The translations under genes and the position numbers were made by a program. DNA of 64,000 nt from Octopus vulgaris. Taxonomy: Eukaryota. The stretch lies in contig OX597828.1 of NCBI GenBank assembly GCA_951406725.2, forward strand, positions 44,702,001 through 44,766,000, written 5' to 3'. Every line of letters begins with the position of its first letter. Positions within the stretch are counted from its first letter, which is position 1. The notes below the pieces were generated by a model, which saw only the letters and a list, made by a program, of their open reading frames with translations, was not told where the DNA came from and did not search any database. Shown one piece after another: positions 39,434-53,309 of the stretch.

Positions 39434-40032
39434 TATCATCATCATCATCATTATTATTATTATTATTATTATTTTTCCCTTTCACATCTCACAGCTCTTG
39501 ATTTCACGTGTTCTAGTTAATTCTGTAAGAGTGGACAACAACCTGTTGTCAAAGATCTCACAGATTCTTTTACCATGATACTAAACACCCAAGTACTAAT
39601 CTCAAAATCTTGGCAGTTCTCAACAAAGCAGTTTTAGTTTCCGTTTACTAAATCCACTCACAAGGCTTTGGTCAGCCTGAAGCTATGGTAGAAAACACTT
39701 ACCCAAGGTGCCATACGATAGGACTGAACCTGGAACCATGTGGTTGGGAAGCAAGCTTTGTACCACATAACCACGCCTGCACACACCTGCACAGATATAA
39801 GCACACATCCACACACAAAAATACACACATACAAACACATACATATACAGACACACAAACACAAAAAACACACATACAAACACATGCAAATAGATATACA
39901 CACAAACACAACATGCACACATGCACACACATATGCATGAACATGCATACAAATGCACAAACACACAATATGTACAACAAACACACATGCATGAATACAC
40001 ACACATACACAAAAACACACACACACAAACAT

Positions 40033-40352
40033 ATGGGACTCCGCCGGTTACGACGACGGGGGTCTCAGCTGATACGATCAATGGAACAGCTTGCTCGTGA
40101 AATTAACGTGCAAATGGCTGAGCATTCCACAGACACGTGTACCCTTAACGTAGTTCTCGGGGATAATCAGCGTGACACAGAGAGTGACAAGGCTGACCCT
40201 TTGAAATACAAGTACAACTCATTTTTGCCAGCTGAGTGGACTGGAGCAACGTGAAATAAAGTGTCTTGCTCAAGGACACAACGCGTCGCCGGGAATCGAA
40301 CTCACAACCTTACGATCATGAGCCGAATGCCCTAACCACTAAGCCACGCGCC
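40033..40352 (-). mobile_element. tRNA-derived SINE (family C head, different tail), little decayed
   Basis: GGGCGCGTGGCTTAGTGGTTAGGGC..GAGTTCGATTCCC, GTGTCCTTGAGCAAGACACTT; CpGs retained. Confidence 0.8.
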
Positions 40353-40798
40353 CTCACAAACATATGTACAACACATACAAACACAAATACATACATATAC
40401 AGACAACCCACCCCCGTTGCATACACAAACACACGCGTGCACACACACACACACATGTACAACATATATGTACACAAATACATACGTATAGAGACACACA
40501 CAAACACACACATGTACAACACATACAAACACAAACACACACACACATACACAAACACACACAAGCACATACACACAAACTTGTACAATAGATACAAACA
40601 CAAACACGTACATATATAGACACACACAAACACACACACATTCACAAACACATATGCACAAACACACACGTACAGAGGCATACACACATGCACAAACACA
40701 CGAAGGCACATATGTACAACATGTCCAAACACAAACACATACATATACAGACACACAAAAACCCACACATACATGCATACACAAACACCACACACACA

Positions 40799-40863
<65 letters not shown>

Positions 40864-41247
40864 AGAAGCTAAAGCTATGCGATAATATTTGGAATAAGCA
40901 TTGTTTTCATTTGAATAATGGTAAGTTGTTAGAGAAGATTTGCAGGAATCACTCTTCGCTAAATCTTCATTAATTAATTAAATAAGAAGGAGTATTTAAT
41001 TGGTTTTTTTTTTTTATTTTACTAACTTTTGGTATTTTTATTATTTTCGTTATTTTTGTTATTTTTGTTATTTTTATTATTTTTTTTTAATATTGTGATT
41101 TTTGGAGGGCAATAGAGTGAAATCTTACTTTTACCAGGATTGCTTTCCACTGTAAGATAAATATATGTATGTATGTGTATATGTGTGAGTGTATGTGTGA
41201 GTCTGTGTGTGTCTGTGTGCATCTGTGTGTGTAAATATGTCACTTTC

Positions 41248-41286
<39 letters not shown>

Positions 41287-41385
41287 ATGTACATATACAT
41301 GCAAGCACACACACGCATCCATTAACACATATCTGCTTATATTCAGAAAGATAAAAACATATACGCATATATATCTATCTATCTC

Positions 41386-41557
<172 letters not shown>

Positions 41558-41582
41558 TAGATAGATAGATATAGATATAGTT

Positions 41583-41635
<53 letters not shown>

Positions 41636-41773
41636 TATATTTACATAGAGCATAAAAAAGAGAATATATATATATATGCATATTTGAACACACATATATA
41701 TACATGCATATATATATATATATATATATAAACACACATATATATGTATATATGTATAAATAGATAGATACAT

Positions 41774-41822
<49 letters not shown>

Positions 41823-41854
41823 TGCATCCATGTGTGGGCATGTACGGGTATGTG

Positions 41855-41890
<36 letters not shown>

Positions 41891-42459
41891 TCATATATAT
41901 AATATATAATAGTACGCATGTATACACATACTCATGCAAATATTCATTGTTTACATACATGCTGCACACATCAATGAGTCAGTAAGTAGCATTAGCAAAA
42001 CGGTTGAAATATTTGTCAAGCATTTAAAGTTGAAGTACTTTTGACCGGTCTGCTCCCTTAACCAGCCCCCACCTGCACCCAGTACCTTTCTGTTTCACAC
42101 ATCACATGCCTCTGCATTGAACCACCATCACCTACATTCCTTCCCAACCTCTCGTGTGTCTTGATGCAACAGTTTCTCAAGCTTCCCATGTCTAATCTTT
42201 TAATTAAGCCTAAAATACTTTCATCAACTTATAATAATTTTCTACTTCATTCTCTCGTTCTCCAGGTGTCATTTAGTCTCTCTGATTATTCTCTACTTTT
42301 CTCTCTTTGTATACATACATACATACATGCATACATACATTCATACACACACACATACACAAACACTCACACATACACACCTGTATATATATATAGTAAA
42401 ATAAACTTACTTGGAAATGGATGCATGGTGTTTAATCAATTAATAATATAAATAATATA

Positions 42460-42513
<54 letters not shown>

Positions 42514-42539
42514 TATATACATACATATATGTACATACA

Positions 42540-42903
42540 TACATCAACATCAAAATAAAAATCAAATGGAAATTGTAGTTGTGATACCTGTGCCGGTGGC
42601 ATGTAAAAAGCACCCACTACACTCATGGAGTGGTTGGTGTTAGGAAGGGCATCCAGCTGTAGAAACACTGGGAAACCAGGAAGGCTGCACCAGGCTCCAG
42701 TCAGATCTGGCAGTGTTTCTACAGCTGGATGCCCTTCCTAATGCCAACCACTCCATGAGTGTAGTGGGTGCTTTTTATGTGCCACCAACACAGGTGCCAG
42801 GCGAGGCTGGCAACGGCCATGATCGGATGGTGTTTGTTATGTGCCACCAGCACGGAGGCCAGTCGATGTGGTGCTGGCTACGGCCACGTTCGGATGGTTC
42901 TCT

Positions 42904-42908
<5 letters not shown>
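42540..42908. mobile_element. Inverted pair of RTE 3' UTR fragments
   Basis: Plus copy to ~42670 directly abuts a minus copy; ~80-bp arms. Confidence 0.75.
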
Positions 42909-42944
<36 letters not shown>

Positions 42945-43680
42945 GGAAAACCAGACAAGTAACATAAAGAACGACCCTTCATCAGTTGTCGGCTGTTTAT
43001 CTGCTCATTTCGAGCATTGAATAACAGTATGAGACTCCGAAAAGCAAATGTTCCTGCGAACCAAAATATAATTTGGGATTTTGCAGAGGGTCAAAGCTGG
43101 TAACAAAAACAGGGCAGTGGAGACATACAAGGAGATTCAATGAAAACAAACATGGAGGGTTGTTAGACCAGATGAGGTAAAGTAGTGAACATTGGAGAAA
43201 TATTATCTTTGACAAGAGAAAAGATAGAAAAGTAGGCAGAGAAGAATACCTATAGTCTGTACGACAGCACTGTAGAAAAGGAAAGATGACCACATGTGAC
43301 CATGTATCATCATCATCATCATAGTTTAACGTCCGCTTTCCATGCTGCCACGGGTTGTACGGTTTGACTGACGACTGGCGAACCAGATGGCTGCACCAGG
43401 CTCCAATCTTGATCTGGCAGAGTTTCTACAGCTGGATGCCCTTCCTAACACCAACCACTCCGAGAGTGGGTACTTTTACGCGCCACCGGCATGGGGGCCA
43501 GTCAGGCGGTACTGGCAATGGCCACATCTAAGTGGTGTTTTCTATGTGCCACCTACACTGGCAACGACCTCGTGCGAATGCTTTTCACGTGCCACTGGCA
43601 CAAGTGTCAGTAAGGCGCCACTGGTAACAAACCACCAAGAATTCCTTTCAACACACGGCTATGATGCTCCCCCATTCTTC

Positions 43681-44418
<738 letters not shown>

Positions 44419-45046
44419 TATTCAAAGTAGAAGCTGAAATAGCTAAGGATAAGAAGTGAATAGGAGAGCTTTTATTTGTAGAGGGACTTCGATTTGAAGA
44501 AGGAATAAATGAAAGAATATCTAGAAATTGAAATGACGGAAAAGGATAGAACATGTTTCTGAAGACAGTGTTGGTGGCAGTTGCAGTAGAGGTGGTGGCG
44601 GTGGTGGTGGTGGTGGTGTTGAAGAATGTGCTTATCAAGAATGGAAAATTGAAGGAGCAAAACCTGAACTACTCTTCCGTAAAAAAAATAGTATGGAAAT
44701 ATTATTTTGATCATAAACAAAGTTCTTAACAAAGTTGAATTCTTACTTTGGTTGGTAAGGAAATGGTCATGTTAAGCATGGAGTAAAAGAGTGGAGTGGC
44801 TTGGAGTGGATGATAGAGAAACCGGGAGAGGAATGGTTGTGGAGTGAAAGCGGGAGGTGATGAGGGCAACAACTGAGTGAAGGGGATGGGTGATGGTGGC
44901 ACGTGGATGGGAAGGAAGAGAGAGAGAGAGTAAGGAAATGAAGACAAAATAGAAATAACTGTTTTGCTGCTGAATGTATGGTTGACAAAAAATTATGTTT
45001 GTGTATGTGTATGTGTGTGTGTAAAAGTGCGCATGTGTGTGTTTGC

Positions 45047-45082
<36 letters not shown>

Positions 45083-45165
45083 AGAGTTTACAAAAAAAAA
45101 AAACGAAGACAGGTGGTGTACAAAACAAATAGATGTATTAGTATAATGCTCAGGAATAGAAAAAG

Positions 45166-45203
45166 TCTTTTACGTTTCGAGACTGTGCTCTTCTACAGAA
45201 AGG
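45166..45203 (-). ncRNA. Minimal HHR-like motif, variant core CUGUAGA (element 45079-45290)
   Basis: CTTT-CTGTAGA-A-GAGCacagTCTC-GAAA-CGT-A-AAAG. Confidence 0.5.
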
Positions 45204-45284
45204 GACACAGAAAAAAACAAGGAGAGAAACTAGGAGAGAAAAAAATGTGTGAAGTGGCTAATGATCTACCATGGCGTCTGACTC

Positions 45285-45319
<35 letters not shown>

Positions 45320-45534
45320 TTTGTGAAATAGAAAGATGAATAATCTTGTTGCAGATTAATCAAAAGTTTAACCGATACCTTGGTAGCAAAAATCACAGCA
45401 GAAGACAGCACGGTTGGAGGTACAACCATATGGTGTTGCAACCGTGCGTTGGTGCGGATAATTGAATTTTAATATTATTAGTGAATTGAAGAAATGGAGT
45501 TGAACGAAGATTGAACAGAAATCGTTTTATTGCA

Positions 45535-45614
45535 TTCTACATGTGTTTCGAAAGGCACAATTTACCAAATTCCGATTGAATAATGAGACCATATTGTGTC
45601 TTTCTCTTCAGGAA
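45535..45614 (-). ncRNA. Type I HHR, left arm
   Basis: TTC-CTGAAGA-GAAAGACACAAT...ATTGTGCCTTTC-GAAA-CACATG-TA-GAA. Confidence 0.6.
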
Positions 45615-45738
45615 GAAATAGGAAATCCGTTGGAAAAAACAAAAACAGAACAGAGGCGGAGCAAAACAAATCGAACGAGGCTCCTAAGAGCCCATGGCCA
45701 AACTGTTTATTTGTTTTTTCCAACGGATTTCCTATTTC

Positions 45739-45818
45739 TTCCTGAAGAGAAAGACACAATATGGTCTCATTATTCAATCGGAATTTGGTAAATTGTGCCT
45801 TTCGAAACACGTGTAGAA
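45739..45818 (+). ncRNA. Type I HHR, right arm
   Basis: TTC-CTGAAGA-GAAAGACACAAT...ATTGTGCCTTTC-GAAA-CACGTG-TA-GAA; GUA site at 45815; stem I only 3 bp. Confidence 0.68.
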
Positions 45819-45870
45819 TGCAATAAAACGATTTCTGTTCAATCTTCGTTCAACTCCATTTCTTCAATTC

Positions 45871-45946
<76 letters not shown>

Positions 45947-46975
45947 TTCAGTAAAAATTTAGATTCAGTTGAATATGGTACTTAAGTTAAAGGCACCAGA
46001 ATTTAGTATGGTATAATCCATATAATTCAAAATGGGGTGATTATTATCAAAATAAGCAACAAGGATATCCAGAGGTAATGCAGTACGATCGTTTCATGTG
46101 ACTCCATTTACTTAAACAATGCAAGTATTACATCAGGTAATTTCCATATCAATTTCTGCAAGAATTCTACCACATCTAATTTTTTTTAATAAATATTACC
46201 TCTAACTAGCCTAAATTATTATGCCCCATAAAAACCACACTTCATTCTTGAATACTAAATTTAAATATTCCTTATTCTAGGAACTTTCATCTTGGTAGTC
46301 TCCCTTCCATTATATTTTAAAGTTTTTGAAATGTGTGGCAATTAATACTTTATTTACTAAGAATATTCTCATAAAAAGTTTTTCTAAATCTCTTTAATTA
46401 ATATTCAAAACCTTGATAAAGAATAGATAATAATATCTAAGTTATTTAGTTTCTATTTCTATAAATGTCTTTTAATAATATAATTTTTAACCAATAGCTT
46501 GATCATTTCTTCACCCGATATTAAACACTAATCTTTCATGACAACTCCCATGATAAGGAAATATCAATTTTAATCTAGTAATTATAAAATTATAATGTAA
46601 TTATAAGGTATTTTCTTATAGCAGCTTACCTCAGCTATTATAAATAAGCTAGGTATATTCTATAATAAGATTTTAGAACACAAATCTAGTCTACCCCTTA
46701 TCTACAATATTGTACAATAACTTTATTTTTCAATTTACTTATTTAAGTTCAGAAATACTAAATTTCTAAATCTCTCGTAGAGACATGTACGGTGGTGGGG
46801 CGATAGAATGGTTGTATACTGTCAATCTAACATGAACGTGACAGTAGGGGGTACACCACCGCTGTTTAGCCCTAGGAAGCATCGATGCCTCCTGATGGCT
46901 TTGACACATTTTTCCTGTGTCCTTATATACATTTACAAAGAGGAGAAAAACACCCCCAGCCACCCGGGGCTGCAT

Positions 46976-47018
46976 CTAGGGACACGTGTTTCAGGATGAT
47001 TGTCCTTCGTCAGCCTAG
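46976..47018 (-). ncRNA. Canonical minimal type I HHR
   Basis: CTAGG-CTGACGA-AGGAcaatcaTCCT-GAAA-CACGTG-TC-CCTAG; all stems Watson-Crick; GUC site at 46981. Confidence 0.85.
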
Positions 47019-47169
47019 TTCCTTCACTAAAATCTTAAACCATTTTATCTTACTTAAAAAGTGCAACCTTTTAATTATAAGAACCTCATCACTGATCTGC
47101 ATTCAACTGCCTCCATTATAATGCTTTAGTCCACTTCAGCAGCCGTAAAAGTCAGACAAATAGTAGTGG

Positions 47170-47384
47170 ATTATTTACATTATTTACATTTGACGGATAT
47201 TTGTCCTCATCTTGTTTGTTGTTAACACAACGTTTCAGCTGATATACCTTCCAGCCTTCATCAGGTGTCTTTGGGAAATCTTGAACCTGGGTTCTCATTC
47301 CTAAGGTATTTTTCGATGTTGTCGTCGTCGTCATCATCATCATCATCATCTTCATCATCATCATCATCATCATCATCTTTATTA

Positions 47385-47468
<84 letters not shown>

Positions 47469-47533
47469 TCACTGCCTGGAATCAAACTCAGAATCTTGGG
47501 GTTAGTAGCCCATGCTCTTAACCACTAAGCCAT
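47170..47533 (-). mobile_element. tRNA-headed SINE-like element with internal microsatellite and HHR
   Basis: TGGCTTAGTGGTTAAGAGC..GAGTTTGATTCC head, (TAA)n(GAT)n, HHR, ends TGTAAATAATGTAAATAAT. Confidence 0.55.
47224..47269 (-). ncRNA. Minimal type I HHR
   Basis: GACAC-CTGATGA-A-GGCTGG aaggtata TCAGCT-GAAA-CGT-T-GTGTT. Confidence 0.65.
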
Positions 47534-48349
47534 ATAGAAAGCTAAATTTACAATGTGACATGTAGAGGCATGAATGCTTCTACATTCTGCAATAACCGGA
47601 AGTGGGTCAGGGGAAATCTTTAATGAATACTCTTCATGAGTGTGTGTGTGTGTGTGTGAGTGTGTGTGTGTGTGTATATAGAGAGAAAGACATACATATG
47701 TATATACATATATATGTGTGTGTGTGTGTGTCTTATAAATATGTAAGAACACACACACACACACATGAATACACATACACGCACATGCATGTACACTCAT
47801 ACACATTAATAAATTAGTAGAATAGTAGTAGCTGACAAAATATCCAAAGTACAATTCCATCTACGCATCAATACCATTTTAGCAATATACATTTCCAGAA
47901 AAAAAACTAGGAGAAAATTCCCCCGAAACAACGATAACCCAGATTTTCATACATGTGTAGTAAGATATATTACAAAAACCAGGTACAGTCTTCCAAGGAA
48001 AGTTGGATGAAAGCTTTCATGGAAATATCATTAATCCAAATACCAAATGTGTTAATTATCGCTCATGAGCAAGCTAACGAAGAAAATCTGTGTAGTTCAA
48101 TACAGTCATGTGACTTATTGGAAATGAAAGCTAAACCTCCCTTTAATTACACCATAGTATTTTGCTTTTCTAGTTTTTGCTCGAGAGCTGTGTCCATGCT
48201 GGAGCACCACCAGTACTTAATTTATCAACCCTGATAGAATGTAAGGTAAAGTCAACCTTGGTGGAATTTGAACTTAGAATACAAAAACAGATGAAGTGCC
48301 GCTAAGCATTTTGATTGGTGTGTTAACCATTCTGCCAGCTCTCTACCTT

Positions 48350-48448
<99 letters not shown>

Positions 48449-48465
48449 TAGTAATAACAACAATA

Positions 48466-48929
48466 ATACTATGGGATATGCCAATACACACAGATAGAGA
48501 AATTAAGGCCTATAGGCCGGATGTAGTTGTCAGAGATCATCAAGAAAAAAATGCTTTCTAATCGATATATCAGTATCAACAAATCACAATTTTTCTCTAA
48601 AAAATGGAGAAACTTCCAAAATATAAAAAACCTGGAAATAGATTTAACTCAAATGTGGAGTCTAAAAACAGAAACAATTCCTGTAATAGTAAGTGCATTA
48701 GGTATGATAAAAAAATGTTCAGACAAATACATAACAAAAACACCAGGACTAACAAATATATATATATAACACAGAAAATAGCACTTCTGGGCACCGCACG
48801 CATCCTACGTAAAACACTTTCAATACAGTAAAAATAAGAGCATCAAACCAAACCGCAACACATACCCAAGGTGCACAGAGCTGCACTTGGTAGTGCAGTA
48901 AATGCACGTGATAAAAATAAGACTGCTGA
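48466..48929 (+). mobile_element. 5'-truncated R4/Dong-clade retrotransposon (RLE domain and 3' UTR)
   Basis: ILWDMPIHTDREIKAYRPDVVVRDHQEKKCFLIDIS..MWSLKTETIPVIVSALG..QKIALLGTARILRKTLS; between (TAA)n and (TAC)n. Confidence 0.85.
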
Positions 48930-48930
48930 T

Positions 48931-48999
<69 letters not shown>

Positions 49000-49609
49000 A
49001 GCTACTTTATCCTTTTAGGGTTCATAAGAGAATTGCAAGTTGAGCACTGGGGCTTGATGCAATCAACACACTCCCACCCTCAAAATTGCTGGCCTTGAGC
49101 CAAAATTTGAAATCATCATCATCATTGTTATTGTTGTTTTCGTCTACCAAATCCACTCACAAGGCTTTGGTCAGCCCGAGGCTATAGTAGAAGTGGTGCC
49201 ATGCAGTGGGACTGAACCCAGAACCATGTGGATGGCAAGCATGCTACTTTATTTCAAAATTTTGCCATAGAGGCATAACTCAGAGTAGCTTGCAGGCTGG
49301 ACAAAAACATTGATGAGATGAATGATGAAAAAGGATGATATTGGTGGGAGAAGACCAAAAATGCCCTCTGATCTTTTGCTCCTCTAAAATATTATTCTTC
49401 ATTTTTGTTTTACACAGGAAAAAAAAAACAAAACAAGGTATTAAACCTCTTACTTTAGTTCTGTAGTTTATTCTCAATTAAGACTCTGAGCCTCTTACGA
49501 CCAATAAACTCAAACACAAAGCAAAACAACAGACCAAAGCATTAAACCTCTTACTTTAAGGTTGAAACACAATACGAGGCACTAAGCCTCTTAATTTTTC
49601 CACCCCGCC

Positions 49610-49975
49610 ATCACCTGACCAGGCTCAATGTCACACTCAAGCACCTCGATGGTGCTAGGTTGGGATTTTCAGCAAAAAGGGAAATGTGTCCTCAAGGAAG
49701 GACTCTATTACCTCAAACAAGTTTTTTTCCCATACGGCCTCTGCAGCTACCTGCAAAGGCCAATCAGGGTTCTTGATACAGGTACTAATTCCTTCCCATC
49801 GACCTTTTTTATTAAACTTTTTAATCATTTTTTTGGATTTCCCCTCCCCTGTGGCACAGGGCTACAAATTCCTCCTCAACATAGGGAGAGTCAAATCCCC
49901 ACCTCTGGTGGCACAATTCCCACCGAAAGGGCTTCAGGACATGCCGGCAGTGTACTAGAAACTGCCAGCAATGCC
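49610..49975 (-). pseudogene. Possible decayed LINE ORF1 (gag-like) fragment
   Basis: LIKKVDGKELVPVSRTLI..FAG..EAVW..FEV..FC*KSQ resembles the pre-zinc-knuckle region of I/Nimb-type ORF1; needs frameshifts. Confidence 0.3.
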
Positions 49976-50477
49976 CCTTACTTACCACACAGCCACTCCT
50001 GCGCCTATAATTGTTTACCTTTGTGTAGTGGGGCATTTCTCCCTCCATATTTTGAAGCCAAAATAAGATTTTATAAAATAATATGGTCAAAATAAGATTT
50101 TACAAAATCTGAGTAAATCAGAGTTTGCTGTGCCAACATCATTAGTAGACAAAAACTGTGGTTTTACAGGTTCATTACTGAAGAATCAAATCTGATGATT
50201 TCAGTTCCATTCTGTAAATATTTAGCTCATAATTTCACATTTCTAATACCATTTGCAATGACATTCCAGCATACATTCCGCAACACTTTTTTTTCTTCTT
50301 TTCTCCATATATCGGAAACTGTTTGCCAAATGTATGACTGTATGAAATCAATATTGCAAATTCAGTCAATTTATCTTTCATCAGACCTAATATATTCACT
50401 GCTAACTAGCGCTGACCAATAGAGTCATGTGATTTCACAACAAAAAGTAACAATTCACCAAACTGATGCCAAATGAC

Positions 50478-50515
<38 letters not shown>

Positions 50516-50642
50516 AAAAAATACATACAAGTACAAACACTCACATACACATGCATACACACGCATTTGTTTGTCTGTCCACTTTCTATCTGTTTTTCCA
50601 AGCCAGCATGAGTTAGAGGCATATGTGTGTGTGTGTGTGTGC

Positions 50643-50675
<33 letters not shown>

Positions 50676-51015
50676 AAGAGTAAAGGGTAAAGATCCCTTT
50701 TAGTCATGAATTACCATGGGGTCACACCTAGAAAGTACCCCTCTGAGGCACAAGTCCAAGTAAGGTTGTTTTTATGGAAGACCAGTAGTCGCCCATGCAT
50801 ACCAGACTCCCCTCTCCATGTCACCAATGTTATCCAAGGGGAAGGCAAAGGAGCCAATACAGCTTGGCACCAGTGATGTCGCAACTCATTTCCTCAGCTG
50901 AGTAAATTGGAGAAATGTGAAATAAAGTGTCTTGCTCCGGAACACAACACACAACCCAATCAAGGAAGCAAACTTACAACCACTCTAACCACCAAGCCAT
51001 GCATCATTGCACATA

Positions 51016-51267
51016 CAGTAATCCCTTGCCACATCATGGTTCATCTATCACGGTTCACCTATTGTGGTTTACCTATCACGGTTTATTATTTAAGCTTACC
51101 TTGATTCCTCGGTGGTGTTGTTTTGCATTTCTAATAAAATAAATATATATAAATTATAAAAAATAATTTTTAAATATATGGAGTACTGTGCTGTTTCTAC
51201 TTTGCGGATTTTCACCAATTGCAGGAGATTTTGGAACATAACACCCGTTATAGTCGAGGGATTTCTG
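51016..51267. mobile_element. pogo/Tigger-like MITE
   Basis: TA TSD; TIR CAGTAATCCCTTG / CGAGGGATTTCTG. Confidence 0.7.
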
Positions 51268-51361
51268 TACATACATACATACACTAGTCGCCATGATAGT
51301 TCGTTAGCCACTACACACATTTTTCTCTCCTTTTTTTTCTCTCCTTGTTTTTTCTGTGTCC

Positions 51362-51397
51362 CTTTCTGTAGAAGAGCATAGGCTCGAAACGTAAAAG
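51362..51397 (+). ncRNA. Minimal HHR-like motif, variant core CUGUAGA (element 51285-51490)
   Basis: CTTT-CTGTAGA-A-GAGCatagGCTC-GAAA-CGT-A-AAAG. Confidence 0.55.
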
Positions 51398-51817
51398 ACT
51401 TTTTCTATTCCTGAGTGTTATACTAATACATCTGTTTGTTTTGTACACCACCTGTCTTCGTCTTTTGTTTTTTTCGTAAACTCTCCCTATACATACATAC
51501 ATACATACATACATACATACATACATGTGTATATATGTGTATATATGTGATCTCACTTTTGCAAGCGCGCATCTGCTGAAGGTTAAATATTGTGCATTAT
51601 GCTCATAGGATATGAAGGTAGTAATACTGTTAACCTTCTAATGAAGATGTTGATTGGTGCTGATTTAAGAGCTAAGTTCATTCAGAACTCATTTGGTGAA
51701 TCAGTAACAGAATTACCTAAAAAGTAATAGAGACATTGTTTGGTTCATATGGTGTGTGATCTGCTGTCTTTTCCTTTACTCTCAGAAGGGGACGTCTTGC
51801 AAATGTTATATCATATA

Positions 51818-51851
<34 letters not shown>

Positions 51852-51973
51852 TATATGTATTTATAAACCATTCCATTTATCTTCACACTCATGTATTTGA
51901 GATTATGACTTGACACAGCTCCACCACCTCTCACACTCTCCCTTACTCTCTTTTATTTCCATTCTCTCTCACA

Positions 51974-52640
51974 AGGCGGCGAGCTGGCAGAAACGTTAGC
52001 ACGTCGGGCGAAATGCTTAGCGGTATTTTGTCTGCCGTCACATTGTGAGTTCAAATTCCGCCGAGGTCGACTTTGCCTTTCATCCTTTCGGAGTCGATAA
52101 ATTAAGTACCAGTAGCGCACTGGGGTCGATGTAATCGATTTAATCCCTTTGTCTGTCCTTGTTTGTCCCCTCTATGTTTAGCCCCTTGTGGGCAATAAAG
52201 AAATAAGGAACATTAGCACATCGGGCGAAATGCTTAGCGGTATTTCGTCTGCCGTCACATTGTGAGTTCAAATTCCGCCGAGGTCGACTTTGCCTTTCAT
52301 CCTTTCGGAGTCGATAAATTAAGTACCAGTAGCGCACTGGGGTCGATGTAATCGATTTAATCCCTTTGTCTGTCCTTGTTTGTCCCCTCTATGTTTAGCC
52401 CCTTGTGGGCAATAAAGAAATAAGGAACATTAGCACATCGGGCGAAATGCTTAGCGGTATTTCGTCTGCCGTCACGTTGTGAGTTCAAATTCCGCCGAGG
52501 TCGACTTTGCCTTTCATCCTTTCGGAGTCGATAAATTAAGTACCAGTAGCGCACTGGGGTCGATGTAATCGATTTAATCCCTTTGTCTGTCCTTGTTTGT
52601 CCCCTCTATGTTTAGCCCCTTGTGGGTAATAAAGAAATAT
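51974..52640 (+). mobile_element. Head-to-tail trimer of SINE family M (217-bp period)
   Basis: Three near-identical units; matching ORFs are offset by 217 bp (52140, 52357). Confidence 0.92.
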
Positions 52641-53024
52641 ATTTCCATTCTCTCTCACTCTCTCTCTCTCAATCTCTCTCTCTCCAACTGAGGTAAGCAC
52701 ATATCTCCTCTACCGTAAGACACCTGTTTCTGTCCCTCTGCTATACAGTAACCTATCGTCACCTACAGCCATACTACTTCCTCTTTCAGTTGATAGATCT
52801 TTGTCTTATAGATTTCTTGGTCACCTTTGCCAGTGCTGTTGCTATGTAAACAACACCCAGTACACTCTGTAAAAGGGTTGGCTTCAGGAAGGGCAACCTC
52901 TTGTGGAAACCATGTCAAAACAAACAATTGGAGCCTGGTATGACTCTCTGCTTTCCCAGGTGCAGTAAAAAAAATTCTAACTCATACCAGTATGGACAAC
53001 AGATGCTAAATGATGATGATCATT

Positions 53025-53071
<47 letters not shown>

Positions 53072-53309
53072 CGGAGTAAACACATAAATGTGAAACAAGG
53101 TGGAAAAAAAGAGTTCTCAAATACCAGTGGTAGAGTAATATGCTTTATTTAAAGCAGCAGAAAATTCAACAAAACCTGTTACTCTGAGTTTCACGTGAAA
53201 CTCAGAATAAAGTATATATTATATATATATATAAGGATTTACATTTATATATATGTATATGCATGTATATGTATTTATGTATACATAGATACATATGTAT
53301 TGATGTATA

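Larger units (their letters stand above)
45482..45871. repeat. 162-bp inverted repeat (1 mismatch, 66-bp spacer) in a PLE-like insertion
   Basis: Arms 45482-45643 and 45710-45871. Confidence 0.92.

Noticed and set aside
40270-40352. tRNA gene
   Set aside because: No acceptor stem closure; runs directly into a SINE body
42970-43016. Minus-strand GAAA...CTGATGA as a permuted (type II) HHR; similar at 56570-56610
   Set aside because: Could not pair stems I and III convincingly
45543-45810. Mirror-image 82-aa ORFs on both strands
   Set aside because: Consequence of the inverted repeat; no protein features
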